From: Eledone cirrhosa
Taxonomy: Eukaryota
Assembly: GCA_964016885.1 (NCBI GenBank)
Contig: OZ024746.1
Location: forward strand, 40,362,001 to 40,426,000
Length of the DNA stretch: 64,000 bases
Direction of reading: 5' to 3'
The position numbers and the translations under genes are program-made. Of the stretch, positions 23,801 to 37,529 are shown piece by piece. The notes under the pieces were generated by a model that saw only the letters and a program-made list of their open reading frames with translations, did no database searches and was not told the DNA's origin. How positions within the stretch are numbered: the first letter of the stretch is position 1; each line of letters starts with the position of its first letter.

Positions 23801-26800
23801 AAGATATAAAATGTATATCCAGTTTAGAATAGGTACACTGTATCCTTGCATATTGTAAGAAGTGACTAAATGGGTTAGTATCAAGATGGGCATCTGGCTG
23901 TAAAACATTTCCTCAAACAGTCCTATCAAACCCATGCCAGCATGGAAAAGTTGATGTAAAAACAATGATGATGATGATAATAGTTGTTGAATTGAATTAA
24001 ACATATTTTGACATATATTGAACACCAATTTTATTTATTCAAATTTATTATAGGTTATGAAGTGTATGCCCAAATCAGAAGACATCAAGAAGAGAAAAGC
24101 TGAAGATGCACCCAGTACTTCGTCATCTAAAAAAGCTAAAGTTGAAGTAACAGTGTGTCTTTGTTTCTGTTTCTGTTTGTTTTTATTTATTTTTACTTTT
24201 TTGTTAAGTTATTCATGAATGCGTTACTTAATCAGGGTAGGATTTATAATTATTTTAGTACCGAAGACTCCCCCCCCCCTCCCCCACAGGAACAAGCCGA
24301 AGCTGAAGCATATAGACAATATGCCCCCACGCCCACTGCAAAGTGGTCGTGGAGGTGCCACGGCAAAAAAGCACCCAGCCCATACTGTAAAGTGGACGTG
24401 TAGGCGCCACGGAAAAAAAGCACCCAGCACTCACTGTAAATGAGGTTGGTGTTAGGAAGGGCATCCAGCTGTAGAAAATCAAGCCAAAATCAGTTCCTGT
24501 ATGAGCAAGACAAGGTCAGCCGACTAGACACTACTCGCAACAGGACAACCCGTCTAACCCATGCTAGCGTGGAAGAATGGACGTAAAACGGTGATGATGA
24601 TGATGATGACTCCATGTTGTGTTGATGTGAATATCCCATCGAAACAGAGTGAAATCTGTTTTTGTGGAAAGATTGTATCCCCATATATGTCACCGAGTAT
24701 TCAAAATTACTGAGTTTGATATATAATGTTAAACAATGAAAGAATAAGGTGAAGTAATGAGGATAGACAGCAGAGTAGATGCAGTTTTTCAAGGCTAGTG
24801 GTATGAAGTTACATAACTGCCATTGATTAATCTACACATCGATAATTTTGCTCTCTGAAATTATCATAAAACAGTGGATTAATTAACTACTTCACCTTGG
24901 TTTTTTCTTATTCTCTCATTGTTTAGCATTATATATCAAACTCTTAAGTTATTAGGTTTCTAGATGTTGGAGTAGCTACATTACTCTATTTAGTTTCGTA
25001 ATTTACTATTGTGTGCTTAAGTTCTTGAAGAGTTGGCTTAGCCTTTTTATCTTCCAGGCTCAGTAGAGTAGCACTAATATACAAGGCAGGGTGGTGTGTG
25101 TGAAAATGATCTTATGCCTAACCAGAAAAAAAATCTATACTTATCACTTTTTTGATTTAGGAACTACTTTATCCCTTTCTTTATATTTCTAATGAAATAT
25201 GCCTATAACTTTCAACTAATTTTGAAAATAATCAAGAATTTGAAAGCAAGATGGGGGATCTTATACACCTCATGAAACTAGGATAGAATCTGACTTGATA
25301 TCTCTCTAGGCTTGAGACAGACTTTAACTAAAAAATACTACATAGTGATATAATAATTATTATAGTTACGCTTAATAAAGAATATAATTTCAACCTTATA
25401 TACCTTTATAGATGAGTATAGATTCAAACATATTTGTTGATACTTAATAGCCTGATCCTGATCCTGAAGAGGAAGAGGCTGCAACAACAGCAGCAAATAA
25501 AGAAAAACAGGCCAATACTGCTCAGAAACAAACAGCTATTGACATCACTGCTGAAGATTTGGTTGGCAGACTAAACCCACACAATGTAGCAGATTTAGTT
25601 TTGATCAGTATGGTGAGTATTATATTTCTTTTTCTTTTTTTATATATTATTATTTAGATTTATGTTATTTATCAAATTATAGGGAGGTGGATTGTCAAAG
25701 TCAGAGCATTGGTTAAAAGTTTTTGGTGTATTTAGTTGAGTTTCTACATTCTGAGTTGAAATTCCGCTGAGGTCAGCTTTGCCTTTCCTCCTTCCAGGGT
25801 TGGTAAAATAAAGTCCCAGCCACGTACTTGGAGTTGATGTATTTGACTTTCCCCATGGGCCTAAATTAGAAATCATTAATTAGTATTATATAAGAACAAA
25901 AAAAAAGTATCTTTAACTATAGTATCCAATATGTCTGTCCTTTTCTTAAAAAAGAAAAAAACATTTGGATGTGATTTAAGGGAGATATGGCTACCATTTA
26001 TAGTGGTGTGACTACATAGATCTCCCATTGTTTACCCACATATTTAGTTCCGCTTTCATTCTGTTTTTTCTATGGCAAATTTCTGTAGACAGATGCCATT
26101 CTTCTCACCAATGCATACTTTTCAGTATGGTAAAGATTCACTGACTTAACAGTGTTTTGCATGCAAAGACATGCACGCAAACACATAAATGATGGTCTAC
26201 CAAATTCACTCACAAGGCACTGGTCAACCCAAGGTTGTAGCAGAAGATACCCAAAAATGCCACACAATGGGAGCAAACCCTAAACCATATGTTTTAGAAG
26301 CGACTAAACCATATGTTTTAGAAGCGAACTTCTAAACCATATATATATATATATAAATGAAGTAATTCCGTCGGAAAGGTCCAGGAAAAAAGAGTGCTCT
26401 ATGTAGGTTACCTTTTCCTTTCCTTCTTCCTTTTCCAGCCTCACTTTCATATAGATTATATTTTTGTTTTTAAAATCCAATGTCAATAAATACACCAGGA
26501 TTTTTTCATTCTGATGATTGAAAGCAAAATTTGTTTGCTTTCAAGAAACCACTGGTAAATGAAATAATTGCCTTATGTTGTTTATTACATAACTATATAT
26601 ATAAAACATTAAAAAAATAATGAATAAAACAATGAAACAGTTCCTTATATTAAACAAAAAAAGTTCATTATTTAACGATCGTTTCTAGGACATATATGTT
26701 AGAATTGGCATGCATATTCAAAAGATCTATGTACAAAATTATACAAACTATCAAAGAGAATATACATACCAACACATATATATGCTGTCTTCAGAAATAT

Positions 26801-29800
26801 ATATGTGTAGCATATATATGTGTTGGTATGTATATTCTCTTTGATAGTTTGTATAATTTTGTACATAGATCTTTTGAATATGCATGCCAATTCTAACACA
26901 TATATGTCCTAGAAACGATCGTTAAATAATGAACTTTTTTTGTTTAATATAAGGAACTGTTTCATTGTTTTATTCATTATTTTTTTAATGTTTTATCTTG
27001 ACTCTGTATTCCGTTTATCTTTCACCGAAAGTGATTTTTGAATGCATCTCTTCTTTCCATGATATCCGGATTACATTGAGTTCTTCATACGGATTGGACA
27101 CTACCGTAAACTTTTGGTAGATTTATCTACATAACTATATATATATATATATATTTCCATGCAAATGAAACATTTCTAGTTCTGTTGAACTCATTTCTAT
27201 ATAAAATAAAAATACCTATACTCTACTAACGTATTGAGTAGCTTTTTTAAATATGCTCACCTCCCAATACTCATCAGGAATCCACGTGTTATATACACAC
27301 ATATCAAATTATGAAAAGATGAGGATGCAGACATAGCTACTTTTGATGTAGGTAAATGTTGTACTCATTCCCTTAAAGAGGAATCGTAGCTGTGCTAAAA
27401 CATAGCTTTCTAAGAATAACAATAAAAAAACCAAGAAATCTGTTAAATTTTGGAAGGCTGTTTTTTAAAGTCAGTAGCAAAATAAATACACTTGACGTTT
27501 TGCTTCACATTAGCATGTGTTAGTATGATGGTGTTTGTATCAACTCATCTTTCTTTTATCTTGGTATATTTTTTTGTTAATGGTTTGTTGCGGATAGTGA
27601 GAAGGCTGTGTGTTCGTTTCTCGGGGTCACCAGTTGTAGCAGATAATATGGTATTCTTTTGATGAGTGTTTGTTGAAAAGAATAATGCCATGATTGAGTT
27701 GTTAACAACGTTTATTTTATAACAACAATATTCACTTTGAACATCGAGTAATAATATTTATGACATGAATTATCCCTACATTATTTAGCTGACTCTAGCT
27801 TCTACGAGCTAGCGTAAATGCATGTATCACAGAAAACGATATAGTAAAAGTTGTGTTGTATCTTAGATACAATATGACAGGAAGGATAGAATGAGTGTAG
27901 AATGTAAACAATATGAACTTACTATGTGTGTGTGTGTGTGTATTCTTATAATACATTATTCATCTTAAGGGTGCTGCTTCCTGTCTGGCTGTGTCTGTGG
28001 CCGATATGGTGATAACCAGTGAGGCCAGGAGAGAGAGATAGAGTGAAAGGTCTGCTACATCGTTAACCTTAACACGGACTGCTTGCTTCGGTCTCACTGG
28101 CTGTTAGATTCCTTAACTCCTTGTAATTATAATTGTGCTATAGTTAGAAGGATGTGTATATGAGGTTGATTTATGATCAGCCATGTGGATATTGTCTCCC
28201 AGGAAGCTGGGATCAGAGGTCAAGTGGAATGTACGTTTATCATCGCTGTCTTGACAGGACAATGGTAGGAACTTTCCAATAATGGATGGTCCCAGAGGCG
28301 AGAAACCTCAGATTTGGTTTCAAATCTTCGCCGGTAAAATATAGGAGTATTTTGTTATAGGTTTTTTTTAAATATAATTATTTTCATTTTCCCATTGAAT
28401 AGGTAATGCTACCTGATACACTACCAGCCCATTTCCAAGCAACATATACACCAATTGCTGCAGCTGGTACTCCTGGTCAGATTAAGCATCTAGCCAGATT
28501 ACTTGCAACCCAACTAACAACGGCAGGAATGGGTAAGGGACTCTCCAATGTTCAAAAAATGGTAAGTATAAACTGTGATGTTACTTTTATTCAAAAGTTT
28601 GTAAGGCACCAATATAAAGTGGGACTTAAATATCTATTTATGTAAGTTATATTCTAGACATCAGTTTAATATATCAAATAATGAAAAAGTTATTTATTTT
28701 ATTAAATCCCTCCAAAATTCTTCTCCTCCTCCTCCTTTTTATTTTTCTTGTTCTTTCTCCTTGAGAGGGTCATGGGGGCAGAGTCATCAAACACTCCTTC
28801 CTGCAGGTCATGTCAGAAGCATCTATATTCAATTGATACAGCTGGATCCCCAAGCAAAACCAGCCAAGCTCATGGATGTTATTCAACAATCTTCCTCGGG
28901 GTCAACCCTTTGGACTCCTGCCAGTTGGTTTTGTCATTAAAATCTATCCAGCAATTCTTTCCTGAGACATTCTAACCTCATGCCTGCAGTATCAGAGCTG
29001 TGATCCCTCATTTATAAAAAAAAAGTTAATAAAAAATATAGGTAGTGTTTTTCATTAGAAATATGGCTACATAAATGTTTACTTGTTTTATAAATGAATT
29101 TTGTTTGTAATAAACCAAAACTTAATTAACTGTCACTTTGAAAATATTGAAGTCAAAGGAAACGAAGATTCATCAGAACAAAATAAGAGCGACTAGTTAT
29201 ATTTATGGATTTTCTTTTTCTTATATTCTTCATTTCGTTATTGCTTTATATATATTTTTCTGTAAATAAAGATTTCAAATTGTTTGAACAATTGTCTTAA
29301 CCGGGTGTAAGAAGTTACTAGAGAAATCATGTGGAACAACTAGTATAAGCATACACAAACAAATACACCCCGCTCCAAACACAAAGGAGCCGAAAACTCC
29401 TGGCAAACATAAGCTGAATGTTACAATAATGTTTTACAGAATGTAGACACTGAAGAGGCACCTGTCCCAGTAGAAGAAGAAAAAGCTGTTAGTAAATTCC
29501 AAATTCAAACTCTAGTAGGTAAGTGGTCAGTTAATGAAATAATTACTCAAATATCTTATAATGGAAACATATTTGAAATATTATTGCATACATTATTTGA
29601 TAAATCCTTGCTTGCCTCTGAATTATTTCTTGTTGCAGAATAATAGAGAATATTCTTCAGTCATAACCAGTACATGAAACCTCTCTAGTGCTGGTGTCAT
29701 GATAAATTGCACCTAGTAAAAAAGCTTCAAGCACAGGTACCATTTGATATGTGACATTTTCTGTGATGTGTGGCATTGTTGGCAATAGGCAAGTCCCTAG

Positions 29801-32800
29801 CAGGACTAAAAAGCCACGTCCGTGATGTTCATGCTTAAGTATCAAGCGATGGCATTACTCAAAATTGAGTTGCAGCCATCATCATATATATATGATGATG
29901 GCTGCAACTCGATTTCGAGTATATATATATATATTAGATATATAATCACAGCTATTAGTGTGCTCATTACTGGAATATTGCTGTATTCGTATCTACAATT
30001 TCAAATTTCTTATTACATATGTAATTCTATTATATCAAACTTGAGACACCTGGATTTCCATTGATATATTTTTAGATAATGAACTTAAACAGATTTAGAT
30101 TAAACAAGGAAAATATATTTATATGGCTGAATTAAGCATTTAAAAATGTTTAACTTTTAACATCCTGCACCACATACAATCACATTAGCAAGACATTTTT
30201 GAATAATCCAAAATAGCACTATAATTGCATCATCATCATCTTTTTTATGTCCATTTTTCCATTTCCATGGGTCTTTTCCATCAAAGTCTTTACTTTAGTT
30301 TACTGTATATACACAACAATCTGTCCATTAGTAGAGATACAATAAACATTTCAATTAACAAAGCTGTGTTTAGATATTTTCTGTGAAATCAACATAGGAC
30401 GTTAAGAGGTAAAAAAGTTATTTCTTTTTATTTCAATGGTTCCAGGAGGAACAACAATTGAAGAACCTAAGAAGCCTGATGCTCCTCTTATATCACAACC
30501 AATTATGGTAAGTTAGTATTGGTTTCAGTTTTTTTTTTTTTCTTCATTTGTTTTGCCTCACTTAGTAGCTGTTATAGGCAGTGAATTGGCAGAGTTGTTA
30601 GAACGTTGGATAGAATGCTTTATGGGATTCGTTCCAGCTCTCTGAGTTCAAATCTTGCCACAGTCAATTTTGCTTTTCATCCTTTCGAGGTTGATAATAA
30701 AATAAAGTACAATAAAAAAAAAAGACTACAATGAGACTCTGTACACACAGCTCCCATGACAGTTCATTTCAATTCTTATTTATAGAGTTTCGCGGCGGTA
30801 TTCAGGGTTTTTTCCCCACAACCTCAATAAAACAAATATTAAACAAATACTGATTGGTAGCTTGTTCATAATTAAAGACAAATTATCCACTGCAACTTTC
30901 ATTCTTTATTAGTAAATATTTAATCATGATTTTGTTTGTAGGGCACACGGAAAGGTTTAAAGCAGTTCAAGTTATCCAGTGTCACTAAATCAATGAACCG
31001 AGACCTCCTTGATCAAATGACAGTCAGTGCTGTGAAGCGTATATTAATGGCTGAAAGTAAGTATTCAACACTCACTCATATATTTCCTCCTCCTTATTCT
31101 TATGGGTCATTCCTGGGAGGGTCATGGGGGCAGTCGCCAGGCATGCTTTCAAGAGGGGCCTATTGAAAGCAGCCATCTCCCAAACGAGACCAATCTCACT
31201 TAGGGATCTTATCCAACCATTTTGTTTGTGGTATACTTCTGGGTCTCATACAAGTTGGCTCTGTCTGTAAAATCTCTCCTGCAATATTTTTCTTAGGCAT
31301 TCTAACCACGTGTTTGTCGTACCAGAACTACAATCTCTTGATGTAGAAAAGTAGCAGCTCTACTTGAAGCAACTCCCTGTTCTCCAAGCTATGCACCTTA
31401 CCAAGTAATGTTACTCCAGAGACTCTTTGGAAGAACCCCATTTCAGCTGCTTTTTTTTTTTGTATTTAGTTTGTTGAGTGTGTTAATTGTGTAGACCACT
31501 GACGTAAGGCAGGTTATCATGTCTTTGACACAACTGAAGAGTCTTTCTAGTTCATTGTTTTGGTAAGTGTTCTATGGCTGGATGCCCTTCCTATCACCAA
31601 CCACTTGAGTCCTGAATCAAAATGGAAGAGGGGACCAAAAAGATTGATATCAGGAAGGGCATCTGGCTGTCAAAATACTGCCTCAAAACATTTCGTCCAA
31701 CCTATACCAGCATGGAAAAATGGAGATAAAAATGATGATGATGGATTGGGGAATCATTGAGATACAGATTTATGGACAGAAAGATTATTGGTTGAAACAC
31801 AATCAATGACACTGCATGTTACTAATAGTAACTGCATCGAAACAGTAAAACAGTTACTTCAACAAGTCATAGTTCATTTCCATTTCCATTTAGGCATGAG
31901 GCATCATGATTTCTCTTGTTAATGACAGCTTTTTATTTCTCACTTTGTCAGAAAGTGCTCTTATTGGAAATGCATTGCCAGAACGAACAAAGATTTTGTC
32001 ATCTCTTGTCGCTCAATTTGGTGGTGAGCTAAAAAACTGTGAGTATTTAAATTACAACTATTGTGAAAGGATTTTGATCATAGTGTGATTAGAATGAATT
32101 ATTATTATTTTTTAAAATTAATTTTGAATATCATTCATTAGTCACAGTTAGGGTCTCATGATCAGAAGGTTGTGTGTTCAAATCCTGGATGGGATGACAT
32201 TATATTCTTGGGTAAGACACTTCATTTTCAAGTTGCTTCTCTTGATAGGACTGGACCCCTATCATTAGATCACCCCAAAAATCTCTTATGAGATATAACC
32301 TTATAGGAGACCAGCTAAGCTTGCATATGTATGAACTGTAAATCCCATTTTTTTTTTTTTGTAACCTTTTTTTTCCATTTGAAACATATTCTATTGAATA
32401 AAACTTTAATCATATTTTGACTATGAAATTATTTCTATTATTTGACTTCATTATATGATTGAGGATTGACGCCATCGTTAGAGCGTCGGACAACATGCTT
32501 TGCGGTATATAGTTACAGACCTTTATGTCTTGATTTCAGATCCACTGAGGTCAGCTTTGCCTTTCATCCTCACAGGGTCGATAAAATAAAGTACCAGTAA
32601 TGCGCTAGGATTAATTTAATCAACTTTTCCCCTCTCCCAAAATTGTTGGCCTTGTGTCTATATCAGAAATCATTATATGATTGGATGGTGACTCAAAAAT
32701 TTTTTTTTTTCTTTTAGTATTACAAGAGTACATATTTGAGGATTTACGTAACCGAGCAGATATAGCATTCTCTTGGTTATATCAAGAATATGTTGTGTGT

Positions 32801-35800
32801 CATGGTTTCAACCGGTCCAATCTTGGAGAACACAAAACAGTTCTGGCTAGCTATGATGAATGTTTGACTCGCTTGCTCAATGGCTTATTGGAGAGATCTG
32901 AGCACAGAGATGGGTAAGTTGTTGCTATTCCTGTAATAGATTTGATTATATTTCATTATTTATACATGGTTTTTTTTCTGTTTGTATCTATGAAAAACAG
33001 TAATTCTATTCTTGTGTCAACAAAACACACTCAGACCACTCTGTAATGTAGTAGTGCTGGTGCTAGGATGAAAAACACCCAGTTCACTCTAAGGTCGTAG
33101 TGCTGGTGCCACAGTAAAATGTTCACAATCTACACTGTAAAATGATACTGCTGGTGCCACAATAACCCATACGCAGCTCATTCTGTAAAGTGGTAGCGGT
33201 AGTGCCATGATAAAAAACATCTAATCGGCCTTGTAAGGTGCTCATATTGGCACGCTGATAAAATGTTCCCAGTCCACTCTGTAAAGTAATAGTGCTGATA
33301 TCATGATAAAAATCGCCCAGTTTACCATGCAAAGTGGGAATGTTGGTGCCACAATAAAATGCTCTCAGTACATGCTGTAGAATAGTTGGTGTTATGAAGG
33401 GCACTCAGCCATAGAAACCAAGCCAAAGATGTAATGTGTGATCAAAATGTCGTCATCTGATTGGTTTAGCCTCATAGTATAACAACCCCACTTTCCTTGC
33501 TAGCAAAGATTGGATGGGTCCATACTGAAGCAGAGCCACTGACCTCCCAGGCAAGCCAGGGACCTGTGCGCTTATGCACTATCTCACGTTCCATCAAGTG
33601 GTCAGGAGAGGTTGACATACCTTTGACACAACTGAGGGTCACCCCAACCCTTTGTTTGGCCTGGGGAGGTTGTCATCTTGACAACTGGAGGGCTCTATAT
33701 ATATATAACAAGAAAAACAATGAAGTTTCGTTTACATGTATTTATGTTTTTATTGTGTATTGACCTGTTATGCATGTTTCACAGATGATTGGTTCAAGGT
33801 CACCTATGGAAGTTATGGACCCGACTCCAGTATCGATCTGCTCGTCAGACTGGTGATTCAAACGCTCGTAACAGGTTGATACACAATAAAAACAACATTG
33901 TCATCATCATACATTTCTTTTCTATGCTGGTATGGGCTGAACTGATCATCACATTCTGAGACATGACATGTCAGATAACAGTGTCTTGCTCATACATTAC
34001 AGTTTGGCATTGTTTTTAGAACTGGGAGCCCTTTCTAACACCAGCTACTTTACAGGATGTACTGGATGTATTTTATTGTGACTCTAGCACTACCACTTTA
34101 CAGAGTGTACAGTCTGACCTATTTATGCATTACTATTAGTTTCATAGACACAGATACATCTAACTCCTGTGAGAGAGAGAGAGAAAAATATGCAAAGATA
34201 TTTATAATCTAGTAGTTAATTCAATCTTATGGTCATTTTTTCCTAATTGATATTCCCAAGTCTTTTCTTTAGAATTTGAATAGGTTTTTCCCCCACCATT
34301 TTTCAGACTGTTTACACGATTGTTTTTGGAAGCACCAGTTATCACAGACAATGCTATTCAAATACTTCGTAAATTTTGCCAAGATGAGGTATGTTGTATT
34401 CTATTTTCTTACTTTCTGTTTTGTGTTGTTTTTTTGTTGTTGTTATTTTTACCTTATTTATATCATATTTTCTTCCCATATTTATTTATTTTGATTATAT
34501 ATATAAAAGGAAAAAAGAATCATTTTAGCTTTTTATGACTTGGCAAATCTGATGGTATAATATTTTGTTGAACCCTATTTGAAGAAGAACTTAATATAAA
34601 ACTATTATTTTGAGACATTTGTAAGCGATAGTTCTTTTAAGCCAGTCTTTGATATTTTTTTTTTTTTTTTTTGTATTTTTATCGGTGAAAAACATTTCTG
34701 CTTTAATCTGGTTTGTTAAGACGTATAGTATAGTAGTTTGGATGTTGAATTAATGATCATAAAATAGTGAGTTTGATGCCTGGATCAGATATTGTATAGT
34801 ATTCTTTAGCAAGATTCTTCATTTCATGTTGTCTTTAATGATAGGAGTGAGAGGCGTATCATCAAAACTTCCAAAAACTCAATGAGATATGGCACTGTAT
34901 GAGGCCAACTGAAAACCTGCATAGGTTGTAAAATGTAAATTAAAAAATCTATTTTATTTCTAATCTGTAGGCTTCTAAGATTTATTGATGTGATTATGTA
35001 TTTGATAAAAACTAAGAAATATTGTTTTTTCCAGAATCGTGTTCGTATTGGCATGGAAACTTTGCAGGAAATGATCTTGGCTCGACCGCATCATCGTCCA
35101 AAATATTTAATTTTGCTGTTAGACTTTGCATCACATGATAAACTTGAAGTAGGTCGATGATTTTATTTCTATATTTTAGTTCTATGAAAATCATGATCTT
35201 ATTTTTAAATCTAAAATTTTTTTTGGATTTGGTTGAACATTTATGTTCATCACAGACTGAGTCAGCATTCAAGCTGAGATTCCACACTCTCAAATGTGCC
35301 AGGGGCTGGAATCTTGCTTACATACATTGTTACACTTTACCAAATGCTTAGATGGGCTAGGGTATTGCATCTCACTTAACTATGTTCCCATGCTTTACTG
35401 AGGGCATTTTATCTTAGCACTGACAGTAGGGATGCACTTCCTATCATCAACCACCTTACAGAGTGTACTGGGTGCACTCTATATCCTGTATATCACTAAC
35501 ACTAGAGAGGTTGTCATGCTTTCAACACAAATTACAAGGCCTCTCAACCCTTTTTTCGTATACATATATATTTACTTATATAAATAATTTAGTATCTGAC
35601 AGTATATTTATATTCTAAAACTATATATGCTTAAAACAATAAAATCAATCTCCTAATTGCTTGAAAAATCTCAGTTGATCAAACTTTTTCAACTTACAAT
35701 ATAACAAGTTTAGAATTCATGACTATGTAGTAAATAACTCAGCATCATCCTGCCTTTATATTTATATTTGGTCTTATAAATCTTTCATTTGTAATTTTCT

Positions 35801-37460
35801 CTTTCACATTTTTCATATTTTCGCCTAGAAAATACTGTTTTATTAGAAGGCTACCACAATGCAAATGTTGGAACGTTGCCTTGGAGTTGTTTGATAGTCC
35901 TTAATATTTTGGGATAAAATCAAAAGAAGAATTGAGGAAACTAATTCAGAGTGGATATCTTCTGATATTCTTATGCTTCTATTGTTGTAGCTTTCTAATA
36001 AAATACAGTATTTTTTACACTTTACAAAATATTTCAAGCAAATTACAACACCCTCTTTTTTTTTTGTCTCTTTATTCAGGTTCGAAACCATGCGATCCGT
36101 GTTATTAAGATGCTTTATGACCGAGATGATATTCACAAACTAATTGAGGTCTGTTTATTTTGTTGAATGCCGATGTTTCAAATATTATATACTATTATAG
36201 AAAACATTTAAAACAAATCATGTTGAGTGTGATATAGATTATATTGAGTCATTAAAAGATGTTATATAAAATGTTTTATCAATAAATAAGACACTTGGCT
36301 AAGTGTTTTCTGACATAGCCTTGGTTGACCAATGCTCTGTGAGATTTTGTAGATGGAAATGGTAGAAACCTATTGCTTGTCTGTCTGTCTGTGTGTGTGT
36401 GTATATACACATAAAAATTCAAGGTTAAGATATTGCCTAGACAAATGTATCCACATTATGTTACTGCACCATTTCATTAAAATATTTGAGAAACCTCCTG
36501 AGATGCAATCTTGTAAACAGATAGCTAACCCTCTATAGGTTTGGGCTCTAAATTTCATTTCATTATTTCATTAGTGTATGATTTGAGTTCAAATCCCGCC
36601 GAGGTTAACTTTGCCTTTCATCCTTACGGGGTCGATAAAATAAAGTACCAGTAATGCACTGGGTAATTGCTGGCCTTGTGCCAAAAGTAGAAACAATTAT
36701 TTCATTAGTGTAATAGGATTGGTTTAGCTCTGTTCACACCTGCCCACTACTACCACTTTTAAAAAGACTCATCTTCTGTTAAAGAAAATTGCTTTTAGAA
36801 AAATATATTTTGTTCATATACTTTTATCTATTTCTGCTTTATAGGCACATGCACTGACTTACCTTCGATATCTGCTTGCCCCCAAACCACCACCTGAACT
36901 GTTTTCAACAACAAAATTAAAAAGTGGTAAGTTACACTTGATTAAACTTTCTCTTGTTACACTTTCTAATAAAACCATGTAGAAATGTTGCTTCTTCCAT
37001 AAATGAAATCATGGTAGGGAGATAGATATATAATTGAGATAGACTAAAAAGTTTTTTCTGGCTTATACTCCCATAATTATTTTTTTGACTTCTCTGATGG
37101 ATATTTTATCAATATATTTTATCCATTCAATGAGATGTTTAAGTATTAGAGACTAATTTAATATATATATATATGTGTGTGTGTGTATATATATATATAT
37201 CTTTTATTTCAATTTTCAAACTCTGCTCACCACTTTCTGAACATACTTCCTATATATATATATATAGAGAGAGAAGTAGTAACACAACAGTTAGTTCACC
37301 ATACCGGGAACAATTGTTTCAGTTTAAGCGGATCTTCAGTCGGACTGCTGAAGATCCACTTAAGGTGAAACAATTGTTCTCGGTATGGTGAACTAACTGT
37401 CCCATGGACTGAGTGCTCTACCACTACGGATATTACTTTCCAGTGTTCTACCTCTCTCTC

Positions 37461-37529
<69 letters not shown>

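Noticed and set aside
26696-26899. Two mirror-image 66-aa ORFs starting MLELACIF
   Set aside because: Artefact of the DNA palindrome; no coding signature.
26601-26996. Palindrome as an assembly fold-back artefact
   Set aside because: Considered unlikely: the arms differ by a 2-bp indel, there is a unique spacer and tail, and a TSD flanks the unit. Long reads would settle it.
27250-27290. Minus-strand CTGATGA hammerhead-like motif
   Set aside because: Followed by GAGC rather than GAAA, with no convincing stems.
33022-33420. CRISPR-like repeat array (also 23303-23590 and 39835-40195)
   Set aside because: Eukaryotic intron context, contiguous diverged units without unique spacers, no cas genes.
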